32,865 bases of DNA from an uncultured Gammaproteobacteria bacterium (GTDB lineage: Bacteria > Cyanobacteriota > Vampirovibrionia > LMEP-6097), in NCBI GenBank assembly GCA_964487825.1, contig CAZASO010000001.1:6732-39596 (forward strand), read 5' to 3'. The position numbers were made by a program, and so were the translations under genes. Of the stretch, positions 1 through 8,755 are shown piece after piece. The notes below the pieces were generated by a model that was given only the letters and a program-made list of their open reading frames with translations, was not told the origin of the DNA and did no database searches. Every line of letters begins with the position of its first letter. The stretch's first letter is position 1.

Positions 1-17
1 TTATAATAATATTATAA

Positions 18-2885
18 TCACTTTAAGGCTTCAGAGCAGCTTTGGCAGATGTTTCCTAGCATCTCCGCTGCCTTAAAAAGTTTCCAGCAGCGCTGGCATT
101 TTTGTCCTTCAAATACCTTGGCTTTTACTAGGGTTGAAGAGTCTGAATCATCTAAGTTAATTTCTGAGACTATAAAAACAGCTTTGAGTTCTTGTTTGAG
201 ACTAGCTAGCTGGAGTCTTTCTATATCTTTACTATGGATGCTGATAGAAGCTTCTAGGGATTTACCTAGGAGACCTTGTTTGCGCAAATCTTCTATAGCT
301 TTATTGCTCATTTCTCTAAGCTCCAAAATCTCTGTCCATTTGGAGCTTAGCTCTTCGTTGAGGTATTGGCTTTGGACTTCAGGCCATTTGCTGGCTAGGA
401 TGGAGTCTAGGTCTGCTTTGTGGAAGTTGCATTTAGCTTCGACTTGTTTGAGTTGACTAGGGTAATGTTGATAAATATCTTCAGCTAAATGAGGTAATAC
501 TGGAACAAAAAGTCTAGTGATGATACTTAGTAGCTTATAAAGCACTGTTTGAGCTGCTTTGCGGGACCGGGAGCGGCTGCCATGAGTGTAGAGTCTATCT
601 TTGATGATATCGAAGTAAAAAGCAGAAAGCTCTACTGAACAAAAATTCTGGAGCACTTGATAGTATTTGAAAAATTGATAATTATCAAAATATTCGCTCA
701 GTTCTTGGATAAGTTTTTGGCTTTTATGTAAGACGAGTCTATCCAAGTCCCAGAGAGCATCATAGGGGACAGATTCTGTCTCTGGATAGAAGTCAAATAA
801 ATTACCCAGCATATATCTACTCGTGTTGCGTAAGTTGCGATATATATCGCTTAGCTGTTTGAACATAGTCGGGCCGACTTTGATGTCCATGGAATAATCT
901 ACGCTGGCTACCCAGAGCCTGAGTATGTCTGCACCATATTCCGAGATAACAGTTTGAGGGTCTATGACATTAGCCAAAGATTTGGACATTTTGCGGCCCT
1001 TCTCGTCTAGCACGAACCCATGAGTAAGCACAGACTTGTAGGGTGCATAACCATTGGTGGCGACAGATGTTAGAAGGCTAGACTGAAACCAGCCTCTATG
1101 TTGATCAGAACCTTCGAGATAGAGGTCTGCTACTCTGAAATGACCATCTGGAGACAGTTCTGGGCGCTGGGCTACTACTGCTCTATGTGAGGAGCCAGAG
1201 TCAAACCAGACATCCATAGTGTCTGTTTCTTTGATGAGATTTTCGCTTTTATATTTGCTATTGGGAGGGAGCAACTCTGAGATACTGCGGCTATACCAAG
1301 CATTGGAACCTTCCTTGGCAAAAATTTGAGCGATGTGCTCCATAAGAGCTAGGTCTAATATGGGGCTAGGATTGCCTTCGGAGTCTAAGCGGCTCTTGTC
1401 ATAAAAAACCGGGATAGGTAAACCCCAAGCTCTTTGTCTTGAGATACACCAGTCTCCTCTCTCAGCGACCATCGCTTCTATGCGTTTGCGTCCTTTGGGA
1501 GGGATCCACTCAACTGTAGCGATAGCTCTAAGAGCCGCATCCCGAAAGCCATCTAGGCTAGCGAACCACTGGCGGGTAGCTCTAAATAGTAGCGGTGTTT
1601 TGGAGCGCCAGCAATAAGGGTAACTATGTTTGATCTTGTGACTATAGATGAGAGCGCCTCTTTGCTTTAGGGCTTCTATGATGATTTCATTGCCACTATC
1701 TTTGTCTTTGCGTTTTTCTAGGACATGGATGCCTTCTAGTGAGATGCCATTAATAGGAGCTGCTTCGTTAGTGTAATAACCTTTGGAATCTACTGGGCAT
1801 AGGATATTGAGCCCATAAGCCTGACCCACATGAAAATCCTCAATACCATGCCCGGGTGCAGTATGAACGCAGCCAGTACCAGCTTCGGTATTAACATGCT
1901 CTCCGAAAATAATAGGAGAAGGACGATCATAGAGAGGATGCCAAGCTCGCAAAGCCTTTAGCTCACTGCCTTTGAAGGGAGAGCCTAGAGCCTTGAGTTG
2001 AGTTTTGCTAGCTTTGGAAAACTCCTCAGCTCTTGCTGAAGCGATAAGTATCTTACCGAGATCTCTGTCTTCTTGTTTAGCAGAATATAGCTGGTAGTCC
2101 AAATTAGAGTTAAGACAAATAGCTTGGTTGGCAACCAAGGTCCAAGGAGTTGTAGTCCAGATGACGATTTTAGCGTCTTGGAGGGTTTCGATTTTTGTGC
2201 TAGAAGGGTCTATAGCAAAGCTTACATAAACAGAAGTCGATTCGTGTTCTTCGTTGTATTCTACTTCGGCATCAGCAAGAGCGGTTTCAGCACCATAACT
2301 CCAGTAGACAGGTTTAAGACCTCTGTAGATATAGGATTTGGAGACCATCTCAGCAAAAACTCTAATTTGAGCAGCTTCAAAATCAGGATTAAGAGTTATA
2401 TAAGGATGCTCCCAATCTCCTAGGATTCCTAATCTTTTGAAATTAGTTTCTTGTCCTTTGAGGTTCTTGAGTGCAAAAGCCTTGCAAAGTTCTCTTAGCT
2501 CTAATAGGCTAACAGCATTCCTTCCACCTTTGATTTCTTTGACTACAGCAGTTTCTATGGGTAGACCATGACTGTCATAACCGGGAATATAAGGGCTGTT
2601 GAAGCCTTTCTGGGTTTTGTATTTGATAATTATGTCTTTGAGGATTTTATTAAGAGCTGTTCCTATGTGGATACGATCAGAACTAAGATAGGGTGGACCA
2701 TCATGCAAGACAAAAAGCTCTGCTTTAGTGGCTTTTAGCTGTTCATAGATTTGTTTGTAAATGTCTAGCTGAGCCCATTTGGCTTGGAATTCTGGTTCTC
2801 TTTGAGCCCCATTGCCTCTCATCGGGAAATCAGTTTGTGGTAAATCTATAGTATCTTTGTAGGGATTAAGCTCTGGCTCTGACAT
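18..2885 (-). CDS. ileS: Isoleucyl-tRNA synthetase (type 1)
   Basis: 955 aa; TxFPMRGN N-terminus, HDGPPY..HIGTALNKILKD, IWTTTPWTL, GTGCVHTAPGHG, GSDQHRGWFQSSL, KMSKS, C-terminal CQRCW..CQSC zinc motif. Confidence 0.98.
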   Translation of the reverse strand: MSEPELNPYKDTIDLPQTDFPMRGNGAQREPEFQAKWAQLDIYKQIYEQLKATKAELFVLHDGPPYLSSDRIHIGTALNKILKDIIIKYKTQKGFNSPYIPGYDSHGLPIETAVVKEIKGGRNAVSLLELRELCKAFALKNLKGQETNFKRLGILGDWEHPYITLNPDFEAAQIRVFAEMVSKSYIYRGLKPVYWSYGAETALADAEVEYNEEHESTSVYVSFAIDPSSTKIETLQDAKIVIWTTTPWTLVANQAICLNSNLDYQLYSAKQEDRDLGKILIASARAEEFSKASKTQLKALGSPFKGSELKALRAWHPLYDRPSPIIFGEHVNTEAGTGCVHTAPGHGIEDFHVGQAYGLNILCPVDSKGYYTNEAAPINGISLEGIHVLEKRKDKDSGNEIIIEALKQRGALIYSHKIKHSYPYCWRSKTPLLFRATRQWFASLDGFRDAALRAIATVEWIPPKGRKRIEAMVAERGDWCISRQRAWGLPIPVFYDKSRLDSEGNPSPILDLALMEHIAQIFAKEGSNAWYSRSISELLPPNSKYKSENLIKETDTMDVWFDSGSSHRAVVAQRPELSPDGHFRVADLYLEGSDQHRGWFQSSLLTSVATNGYAPYKSVLTHGFVLDEKGRKMSKSLANVIDPQTVISEYGADILRLWVASVDYSMDIKVGPTMFKQLSDIYRNLRNTSRYMLGNLFDFYPETESVPYDALWDLDRLVLHKSQKLIQELSEYFDNYQFFKYYQVLQNFCSVELSAFYFDIIKDRLYTHGSRSRSRKAAQTVLYKLLSIITRLFVPVLPHLAEDIYQHYPSQLKQVEAKCNFHKADLDSILASKWPEVQSQYLNEELSSKWTEILELREMSNKAIEDLRKQGLLGKSLEASISIHSKDIERLQLASLKQELKAVFIVSEINLDDSDSSTLVKAKVFEGQKCQRCWKLFKAAEMLGNICQSCSEALK

Positions 2886-2938
2886 AAAAACAGTCTAATC
2901 ATAGCAAAGCTCTGAGTTAGAATAGATTTGTTGTTGAG

Positions 2939-5797
2939 ATGACTAACTATGACCATAAAGAAATAGAGTCCAAATGGATCCAGTATTACTTGGAGCATAA
3001 TCTTTATGCAACCAACATAGATCCGACTAAAGATAGAACTAAGCGTTTTAGCATAGCGTTGCCACCTCCTAATGTTACAGGAGAGTTACATATGGGGCAT
3101 GCCTTGGGAGGTAGTATCCAAGATATTTTGATTCGTTATCATCGAATGTTAGGGCATGATGTTCTGTGGCAGATAGGTCTAGATCACGCAGGGATAGGTA
3201 CTCAGCTAGTGGTAGAGAAATTCCTCAAAAAAGAAGAAGGGATTAGCAAATATGAATTAGGGCGCACTAAGTTTTTGGAGAGAGTCCAAGAATGGAAAGA
3301 ACAATATGGCGGCAAAATTCTAGGTCAAATGCAGAAACTGGCTTTTAGTCCAGATTATGCTCGCTGTCGTTATACTATGGACTCAGCTTACTCTAAAAGC
3401 ATCCATAAAGTTTTTGTTGATTACTATAAACAAGGTTTAGTTTATAGAGGTGAGAGACTGGTGAACTGGTGTCCTCGTTGTTTGACTTCGCTTTCTGATC
3501 TGGAGTTAGAACAAGTCAGCACTAAGAAAAAACTTTACAATATAGCGTATAAAGTTTTCATAGATGGCTTAGAGTCCGGCACTATCACTGTAGCTACAAG
3601 CCGCCCAGAGACTATGTTTGGGGACATGGCTGTAGCTGTTCATCCGAGAGATACCCGCTATCAATTCTTGATAGACAACATAGATAAAGTCCAACTAGAG
3701 ATTCCTTTTGTGAAGAGGCGTATAGCTTTAGTTTTAGATGAACAGGTTAAACTAGATTTTGGAACAGGGGCTCTTAAAGTTACACCAGCTCATGACAAGA
3801 ACGATGAAGCTATAGCCAAAAGACAGGGTTTAAGTTACCTGAGTATTTTTGATGTTAATGCCAAACTCCGTACTGATGATGCTTCTATAATTCCAGTTAA
3901 ATATCAAGGACTAGATCGTTACAAAGCTAGAGAGCTTATTATTCAAGATTTATCAGAGATATCTCAGCTAATCTCAGTTAGTGACTATCTTGCTGAACAA
4001 GATTTGCATGATCGATGTTCTACAGAGATAGAAGCGTACCTGAGTATGCAATGGTATGTCAAAATGCCAGAACTGGCCAAGCTCGCTCTAGATGCGGTTT
4101 TCAAAGAACAGCGCATAGATTTTGTGCCAGAGCGTTATTCTGAATCCTATAAAGCTTGGCTTGAGAATGTTCAAGACTGGTGTATTAGTCGTCAAATCTG
4201 GTGGGGACATAGGATACCAGTTTTTTATTATTACTATGAAGAAAACGGGCAGCAGAAACTTTATAGTTTTGTTTCCGATGACTTTGAGCATAACTCTGAT
4301 AATCTTCCTTGCTCTAATCCAGAGCATTTGGTGGACGGGAAGCCTATAGATCTAAGACCTCTGATAAAAGCTCAGCAAGAGGCTGGGGAGGGAGTTCAAA
4401 TCTACTGGCAAGACACAGATGTTTTGGATACTTGGTTTAGTAGTGCTCTTTGGCCTTTCGCTACTATGCAAGATGACCCCCAAGTCTTTGAGCATTTCTA
4501 CCCTACTAGTGTGCTTGCTACAGCTAGAGAAATCATTAATCTGTGGGTTTCCAGAATGATTTTTTCTAGTGAATATTTCTGCAAGCAAGAACCCTTTCAG
4601 AAGGTCTTAATACATCCAGTCATCCAAATGCCAGATGGTAAGCGCATGAGTAAATCCAAAGGACATGTTATAGATCCTTTAGATCTTGTAGACCGTTATG
4701 GCGCAGATGCTAGTCGCATGTTCTACGCTAGTATCGGTATTTATTCTCATCAGGATATTCGTTTTCCCGGGAAGCAAGACCCAGAGACTAAGCTCTGGTC
4801 TTCTGATACTGTAGAGCAGTTCCGTAAATTCGCTAACAAAATCTTCAATGCAGCTCGTTTTGTTCAAATCCAGTTGGGGCCTGATTTTAAGCCAAGTCAA
4901 GACTTGGATTGGGCTTCTCTTGCAGCTCCTGATATTTGGCTTTTGGCTAAATCTAATCAGTTAGCGAAAGAACTTAGTCTGGATTTTCAGAACTATGATC
5001 TCTCTAGCATCCAATCCAAAATCTATGATTTTATTTGGTTTAATTTTTGTGATTGGTATATAGAGTTTTTCAAAAGTAGATCTCAAGAAACTGCTTCTGG
5101 ACTAGAAGCTAGTAAGCAAGTCCTATACATGGTTCTAGAGGCTTCGCTAAGATTCTTACATCCTATTATGCCTTGCATTACAGAGGAGCTATGGCAAGAA
5201 CTTACCAAGCCCAACAAGCTATCCGCAGAGCCTAGCTCTGCGAGGCAACAGAGTATTAGCTTTGCTCCATATCCCAGTTTTGATGCGGATTTGGATAATA
5301 TATTATCTCAGTCGGATAATATATTATCCTCTAAGTCTGTGGGCTTTGTGATAGAGCTAATTTCAGCACTTCGTAATACTAGGCAGAGTCTTAATATCCC
5401 TTGGTCTCAAAATTTAGAACTTCATGTAGATAGTTCTGATAATTTTGAACGACAAGCTATTGAGACTAATAGTATTTATATTTGTAGTATAGCCAAAGTA
5501 GCAGAGATCTCTTTTAGTTCAGAAAATTTAGCCAAGCCTCTTAGTGTGATCTTGCTTGGCAAATCCCGCATTCAGATACCTTTAGCAGGTTTGGTAGATC
5601 TTGATAGGCTGAGAGCTAATCTTCAAGGCAAGATATCTAAGCTCGATAAAGATAGAGCTGTTCTGGAACAAAGACTTTCTAGTCCGAGTTTTTTAGAGAA
5701 GGCCGCCCCAGCCAAAATTCAAGAATTAAGGGATAATCTGGCACTTCTTCAACAAGATAGGATTATTTACGAAGCAGAATTATTTGCCTTAACCTAG
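2939..5797 (+). CDS. valS: Valyl-tRNA synthetase
   Basis: 952 aa; PPPNVTGELHMGHA, DHAGIGTQ, VNWCP, FGTGALKVTPAHD, DWCISRQIWWGHRIP, DVLDTWFSS, RMSKS, C-terminal coiled-coil arm ending FLEKAAP. Confidence 0.98.
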   Translation: MTNYDHKEIESKWIQYYLEHNLYATNIDPTKDRTKRFSIALPPPNVTGELHMGHALGGSIQDILIRYHRMLGHDVLWQIGLDHAGIGTQLVVEKFLKKEEGISKYELGRTKFLERVQEWKEQYGGKILGQMQKLAFSPDYARCRYTMDSAYSKSIHKVFVDYYKQGLVYRGERLVNWCPRCLTSLSDLELEQVSTKKKLYNIAYKVFIDGLESGTITVATSRPETMFGDMAVAVHPRDTRYQFLIDNIDKVQLEIPFVKRRIALVLDEQVKLDFGTGALKVTPAHDKNDEAIAKRQGLSYLSIFDVNAKLRTDDASIIPVKYQGLDRYKARELIIQDLSEISQLISVSDYLAEQDLHDRCSTEIEAYLSMQWYVKMPELAKLALDAVFKEQRIDFVPERYSESYKAWLENVQDWCISRQIWWGHRIPVFYYYYEENGQQKLYSFVSDDFEHNSDNLPCSNPEHLVDGKPIDLRPLIKAQQEAGEGVQIYWQDTDVLDTWFSSALWPFATMQDDPQVFEHFYPTSVLATAREIINLWVSRMIFSSEYFCKQEPFQKVLIHPVIQMPDGKRMSKSKGHVIDPLDLVDRYGADASRMFYASIGIYSHQDIRFPGKQDPETKLWSSDTVEQFRKFANKIFNAARFVQIQLGPDFKPSQDLDWASLAAPDIWLLAKSNQLAKELSLDFQNYDLSSIQSKIYDFIWFNFCDWYIEFFKSRSQETASGLEASKQVLYMVLEASLRFLHPIMPCITEELWQELTKPNKLSAEPSSARQQSISFAPYPSFDADLDNILSQSDNILSSKSVGFVIELISALRNTRQSLNIPWSQNLELHVDSSDNFERQAIETNSIYICSIAKVAEISFSSENLAKPLSVILLGKSRIQIPLAGLVDLDRLRANLQGKISKLDKDRAVLEQRLSSPSFLEKAAPAKIQELRDNLALLQQDRIIYEAELFALT
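5293..5329. repeat. Tandem duplicated palindrome GGATAATATATTATC (21-nt period) inside valS
   Basis: GATAATATATTATC at 5294-5307 and perfect 16-bp palindrome GGATAATATATTATCC at 5314-5329; encodes DNILSQS-DNILSS. Confidence 0.85.
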
Positions 5798-5849
5798 CCT
5801 TAACCATTTAGAGGTCTCCTATATTTAGAGCTTTTGTGGCTCCTTAACT

Positions 5850-6953
5850 ATGGTGATAAAACCTAGTAGCTTGGATAGTAGCGAGATAGCACAAGCTGTC
5901 TTAGAAGAGGCTGCTCGGGATGTCAATCTCCGTCATGCTTTTAACTATTTAAGTCCTCGCTCCAGACCTAAAACTCTAGAAGAATATAAATCTCAAGATG
6001 GTAAAAATAGTGAGAATAGAATTATTTACACTATTCCGGGCAAGGCTCGCTCTGTAGAGATGATACTTCGGGATACTGATCTAAGAGCAGGACTTTATCC
6101 TCAGCATAACAGTCAAGCGTATTTTACTCAGCATATAGAACAACTGCCAGCCATATCTTTTATGGATTATTCAGGATTGCTCGGACAGAGTGATTTACTG
6201 GCTATGGGTTTTGTGGAAGAGACTACTACTTTAACTCAAAAGCGCTTACTAAAGCTATCTCAACAATTCTCGCAGATGACTCTTGAAGCATTTAAGCAAA
6301 TGATTTGTGTTTATGATCTCAAGCAAAGAGATTATAAGGTTTTTGTGCGCCGCCGCCAGCTAGAAGGAGAATTACTCTCTAAACTCCAGTCAGAGATTGA
6401 GGTTGCGGTTTTTAATCCTCATTTTGGACTTTTGCAGTTTGTTCAAAAATTACAAAGGAATTTGATTGGGGAAGTTATTAATTTGAAGCACATCACTTTT
6501 GATGCAGGCGAACCAGTAGTGATCAATGAGTCTCGTTTAGACCAGTTCGGAAAACTAAGACAGATCGCTCATGTTGGAGATTGGAGTGGCAAGAGTGAAT
6601 ATCTCAACTCGGTGGAAAGGTTTGATGACGGGACTATCTTATGGACTATCACAGAGCAAACAACTCAGGCTACTTCGGCTTCAGCGGCTCTTAAAGACAA
6701 TGGTCAAATCATTATACTTAAAGACTTGGATACCCCTTTACATCAAGCTGTTGCAAGAAATTTAGGAGCAGAGGGTATAGACCCTCAAAGTGGCAAATGG
6801 ACTGGTTTCTATGATGCAGATGCCCGTAAGTCTGATAACGAAGATAAATATTTACTCAGAAGATCCTATAAAGATAGTATACGAAAACAGGTCTATCAAA
6901 TCATAGATGGAGCCGCGATACCCGGCTTGTTGCCTATCTTTGATGTCTCTTGA
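5850..6953 (+). CDS. Hypothetical protein, paralog A of a tandem pair
   Basis: 367 aa ORF; colinear blocks shared with the next ORF (RxGxYPQHNS, KHxTFDxG, NSVERFDDGT, NLGAE, KWTG, DGAxIPGLxPIF) show it is protein-coding; family not recognised. Confidence 0.9.
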   Translation: MVIKPSSLDSSEIAQAVLEEAARDVNLRHAFNYLSPRSRPKTLEEYKSQDGKNSENRIIYTIPGKARSVEMILRDTDLRAGLYPQHNSQAYFTQHIEQLPAISFMDYSGLLGQSDLLAMGFVEETTTLTQKRLLKLSQQFSQMTLEAFKQMICVYDLKQRDYKVFVRRRQLEGELLSKLQSEIEVAVFNPHFGLLQFVQKLQRNLIGEVINLKHITFDAGEPVVINESRLDQFGKLRQIAHVGDWSGKSEYLNSVERFDDGTILWTITEQTTQATSASAALKDNGQIIILKDLDTPLHQAVARNLGAEGIDPQSGKWTGFYDADARKSDNEDKYLLRRSYKDSIRKQVYQIIDGAAIPGLLPIFDVS

Positions 6954-6979
6954 AGCTTGTGCTATAAACAAATAGAGAG

Positions 6980-8026
6980 ATGCCAGAAGAAGAGAAGGAT
7001 AGCAAAACAGAGGAGCTAAGACTTGAACATAGGCATAATTATGTAGGAGGGGCTTTTGCTTATAAGAACAGTAGTAAGTCTCCCAAACTTTTAGATCCTG
7101 AAAATTTTCAAGAAATGGTATTGATGATAGGTCTTGGTAAGGCTAGACCTGTTAGGATATCAGCTCCTGCAGAAGAAACACGAGTAGGTATTTATCCTCA
7201 GCATAATAGCGCTGAGGATTTTCGTGAGAATACTGAGATAGTGGAATCCAAAGCTTTAGAGTCCTATCAGAAATTGCATGACATTCATGACCTAGAGAAA
7301 CTATCCTATAAGCAATTACTCATTTCTATGCCCAAAGAGCGTTTAGTCCGCTGTCATGCTCAGTTCGCACATTTGAGTAAATTTGCTTTTCATCAAATGA
7401 TGGGGATACCTAACCCAGATAAAAGAGATTTTGATGTTTGGGCAAAAAAAATAGAGAAGAGTAGACAGGTGATTATGGTCTATCCCTACAAAAAAACAGG
7501 ACTAACTATTTTTGTTCAAGTAGTGGATTATGCTGAAGATCTTCAGACTATTACTGGGATCAAACATTGTACTTTTGATCAGGGTAAACCTTTGGTTATC
7601 AATGAAACACTTTTAGATAGACACCTCAATGTCAGACAGTTAGCGCATTTGGGAGTTAAGGGATCTGGGCTAGCTTATAACTCTGTCGAAAGATTTGATG
7701 ATGGTACTGTGGCTTGGACTATAACTCTTAGAGAAGAAGCCTCTAAGCTTACAGGTATGGCTGCTCTGAGACCTGATGACACTATTGTGATTATAGGAGG
7801 AGACCTGAATGAAGCTTCTAGTCTTGCTGCCAAAAATTTAGGGGCAGAAGACATCAAAGATGATAAATGGACAGGAGTCTTTAGTAGAGAGGCTTGTAAG
7901 CCAGAGTCTCATCCTATGCAAAAAACCTTCAAAGAAACAGTGCGTAAGCAAATAGGGCAAATCGTAGATGGTGCGACTATTCCCGGCTTGATGCCTATCT
8001 TTCAATTGGATTATTCGAAGCTTTAG
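6980..8026 (+). CDS. Hypothetical protein, paralog B of a tandem pair
   Basis: 348 aa ORF 26 nt after paralog A; same motif blocks in the same order. Confidence 0.9.
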   Translation: MPEEEKDSKTEELRLEHRHNYVGGAFAYKNSSKSPKLLDPENFQEMVLMIGLGKARPVRISAPAEETRVGIYPQHNSAEDFRENTEIVESKALESYQKLHDIHDLEKLSYKQLLISMPKERLVRCHAQFAHLSKFAFHQMMGIPNPDKRDFDVWAKKIEKSRQVIMVYPYKKTGLTIFVQVVDYAEDLQTITGIKHCTFDQGKPLVINETLLDRHLNVRQLAHLGVKGSGLAYNSVERFDDGTVAWTITLREEASKLTGMAALRPDDTIVIIGGDLNEASSLAAKNLGAEDIKDDKWTGVFSREACKPESHPMQKTFKETVRKQIGQIVDGATIPGLMPIFQLDYSKL

Positions 8027-8735
8027 ACCTCGCTAGCAAATAACTCTCTGCGATTTTTAGGTCTTCAGGGCTGGTAATTTTGATATTGGAATTGGGGGCT
8101 TCAACTAAAGCTACTTTCTCTGCAATCCTTTCTACAAGACCGGTTGAGTCTGTGCCAGTAAATTTATCTACGATGGCTTGCTCATAAGCTTTGACCAAGA
8201 TTTCTGTTCTAAACACTTGAGGGGTTTGTACTGCCCAGAGTAAATCTCTAGAGACATTTTTGCGAACAAGATAGTTTTGGGTTTTTTCATCATAGTAAGA
8301 CAGCTTGAGAGTATCTGTTACTGCTGAAGCTGCTGTGGCACTACCAAAACGCAGAGCGGCTTCTATGACTTCATGAATGGTTTCGATTTGTACCAAAGCT
8401 CTTACAGCATCATGAATGAGTAGTAGATCTGGCTGATCTGGAATGGCGATTAATAGGGCGTTATAGACACTATCTTGCCTAGTTTTACCACCTTTGATAA
8501 TCTCTACATTGAGTCCCGGACAATAACTAGCGATAATTTTGCGAGTATAAACAATATCTATACTCGGAATGATAAATTTTTGAATTTGTCCTGAGGAAGC
8601 CAGGGTCTTAAGAGTGAGGGATAGTATCGGTTCTCCAGCCAAATCTAAAAACTGTTTGGGTTTCCTAGCACCCATTCTCTTGCCAATACCGCCAGCAGGA
8701 ACTATTGCATAAATATTCGGATTAGCTTTTTGCAT
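7995..8735 (-). CDS. ispD: 2-C-methyl-D-erythritol 4-phosphate cytidylyltransferase
   Basis: PAGGIGKRMG, KPKQF, GGKTRQDSV, IHDAVR, QTPQVF, TD, NIKITSPEDL. Confidence 0.96.
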   Translation of the reverse strand: MQKANPNIYAIVPAGGIGKRMGARKPKQFLDLAGEPILSLTLKTLASSGQIQKFIIPSIDIVYTRKIIASYCPGLNVEIIKGGKTRQDSVYNALLIAIPDQPDLLLIHDAVRALVQIETIHEVIEAALRFGSATAASAVTDTLKLSYYDEKTQNYLVRKNVSRDLLWAVQTPQVFRTEILVKAYEQAIVDKFTGTDSTGLVERIAEKVALVEAPNSNIKITSPEDLKIAESYLLARSKASNNPIER

Positions 8736-8755
8736 CTGAGTTAAAATCTTAACCA

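Noticed and set aside
2886-2938. T-box leaders for ileS/valS
   Set aside because: Gap is far too short and has no T-box motif
5293-5329. dif site
   Set aside because: Only 4 bp between TAA and TTA (dif has 6) and no TTATGTTAAAT-like XerD arm; lies inside valS
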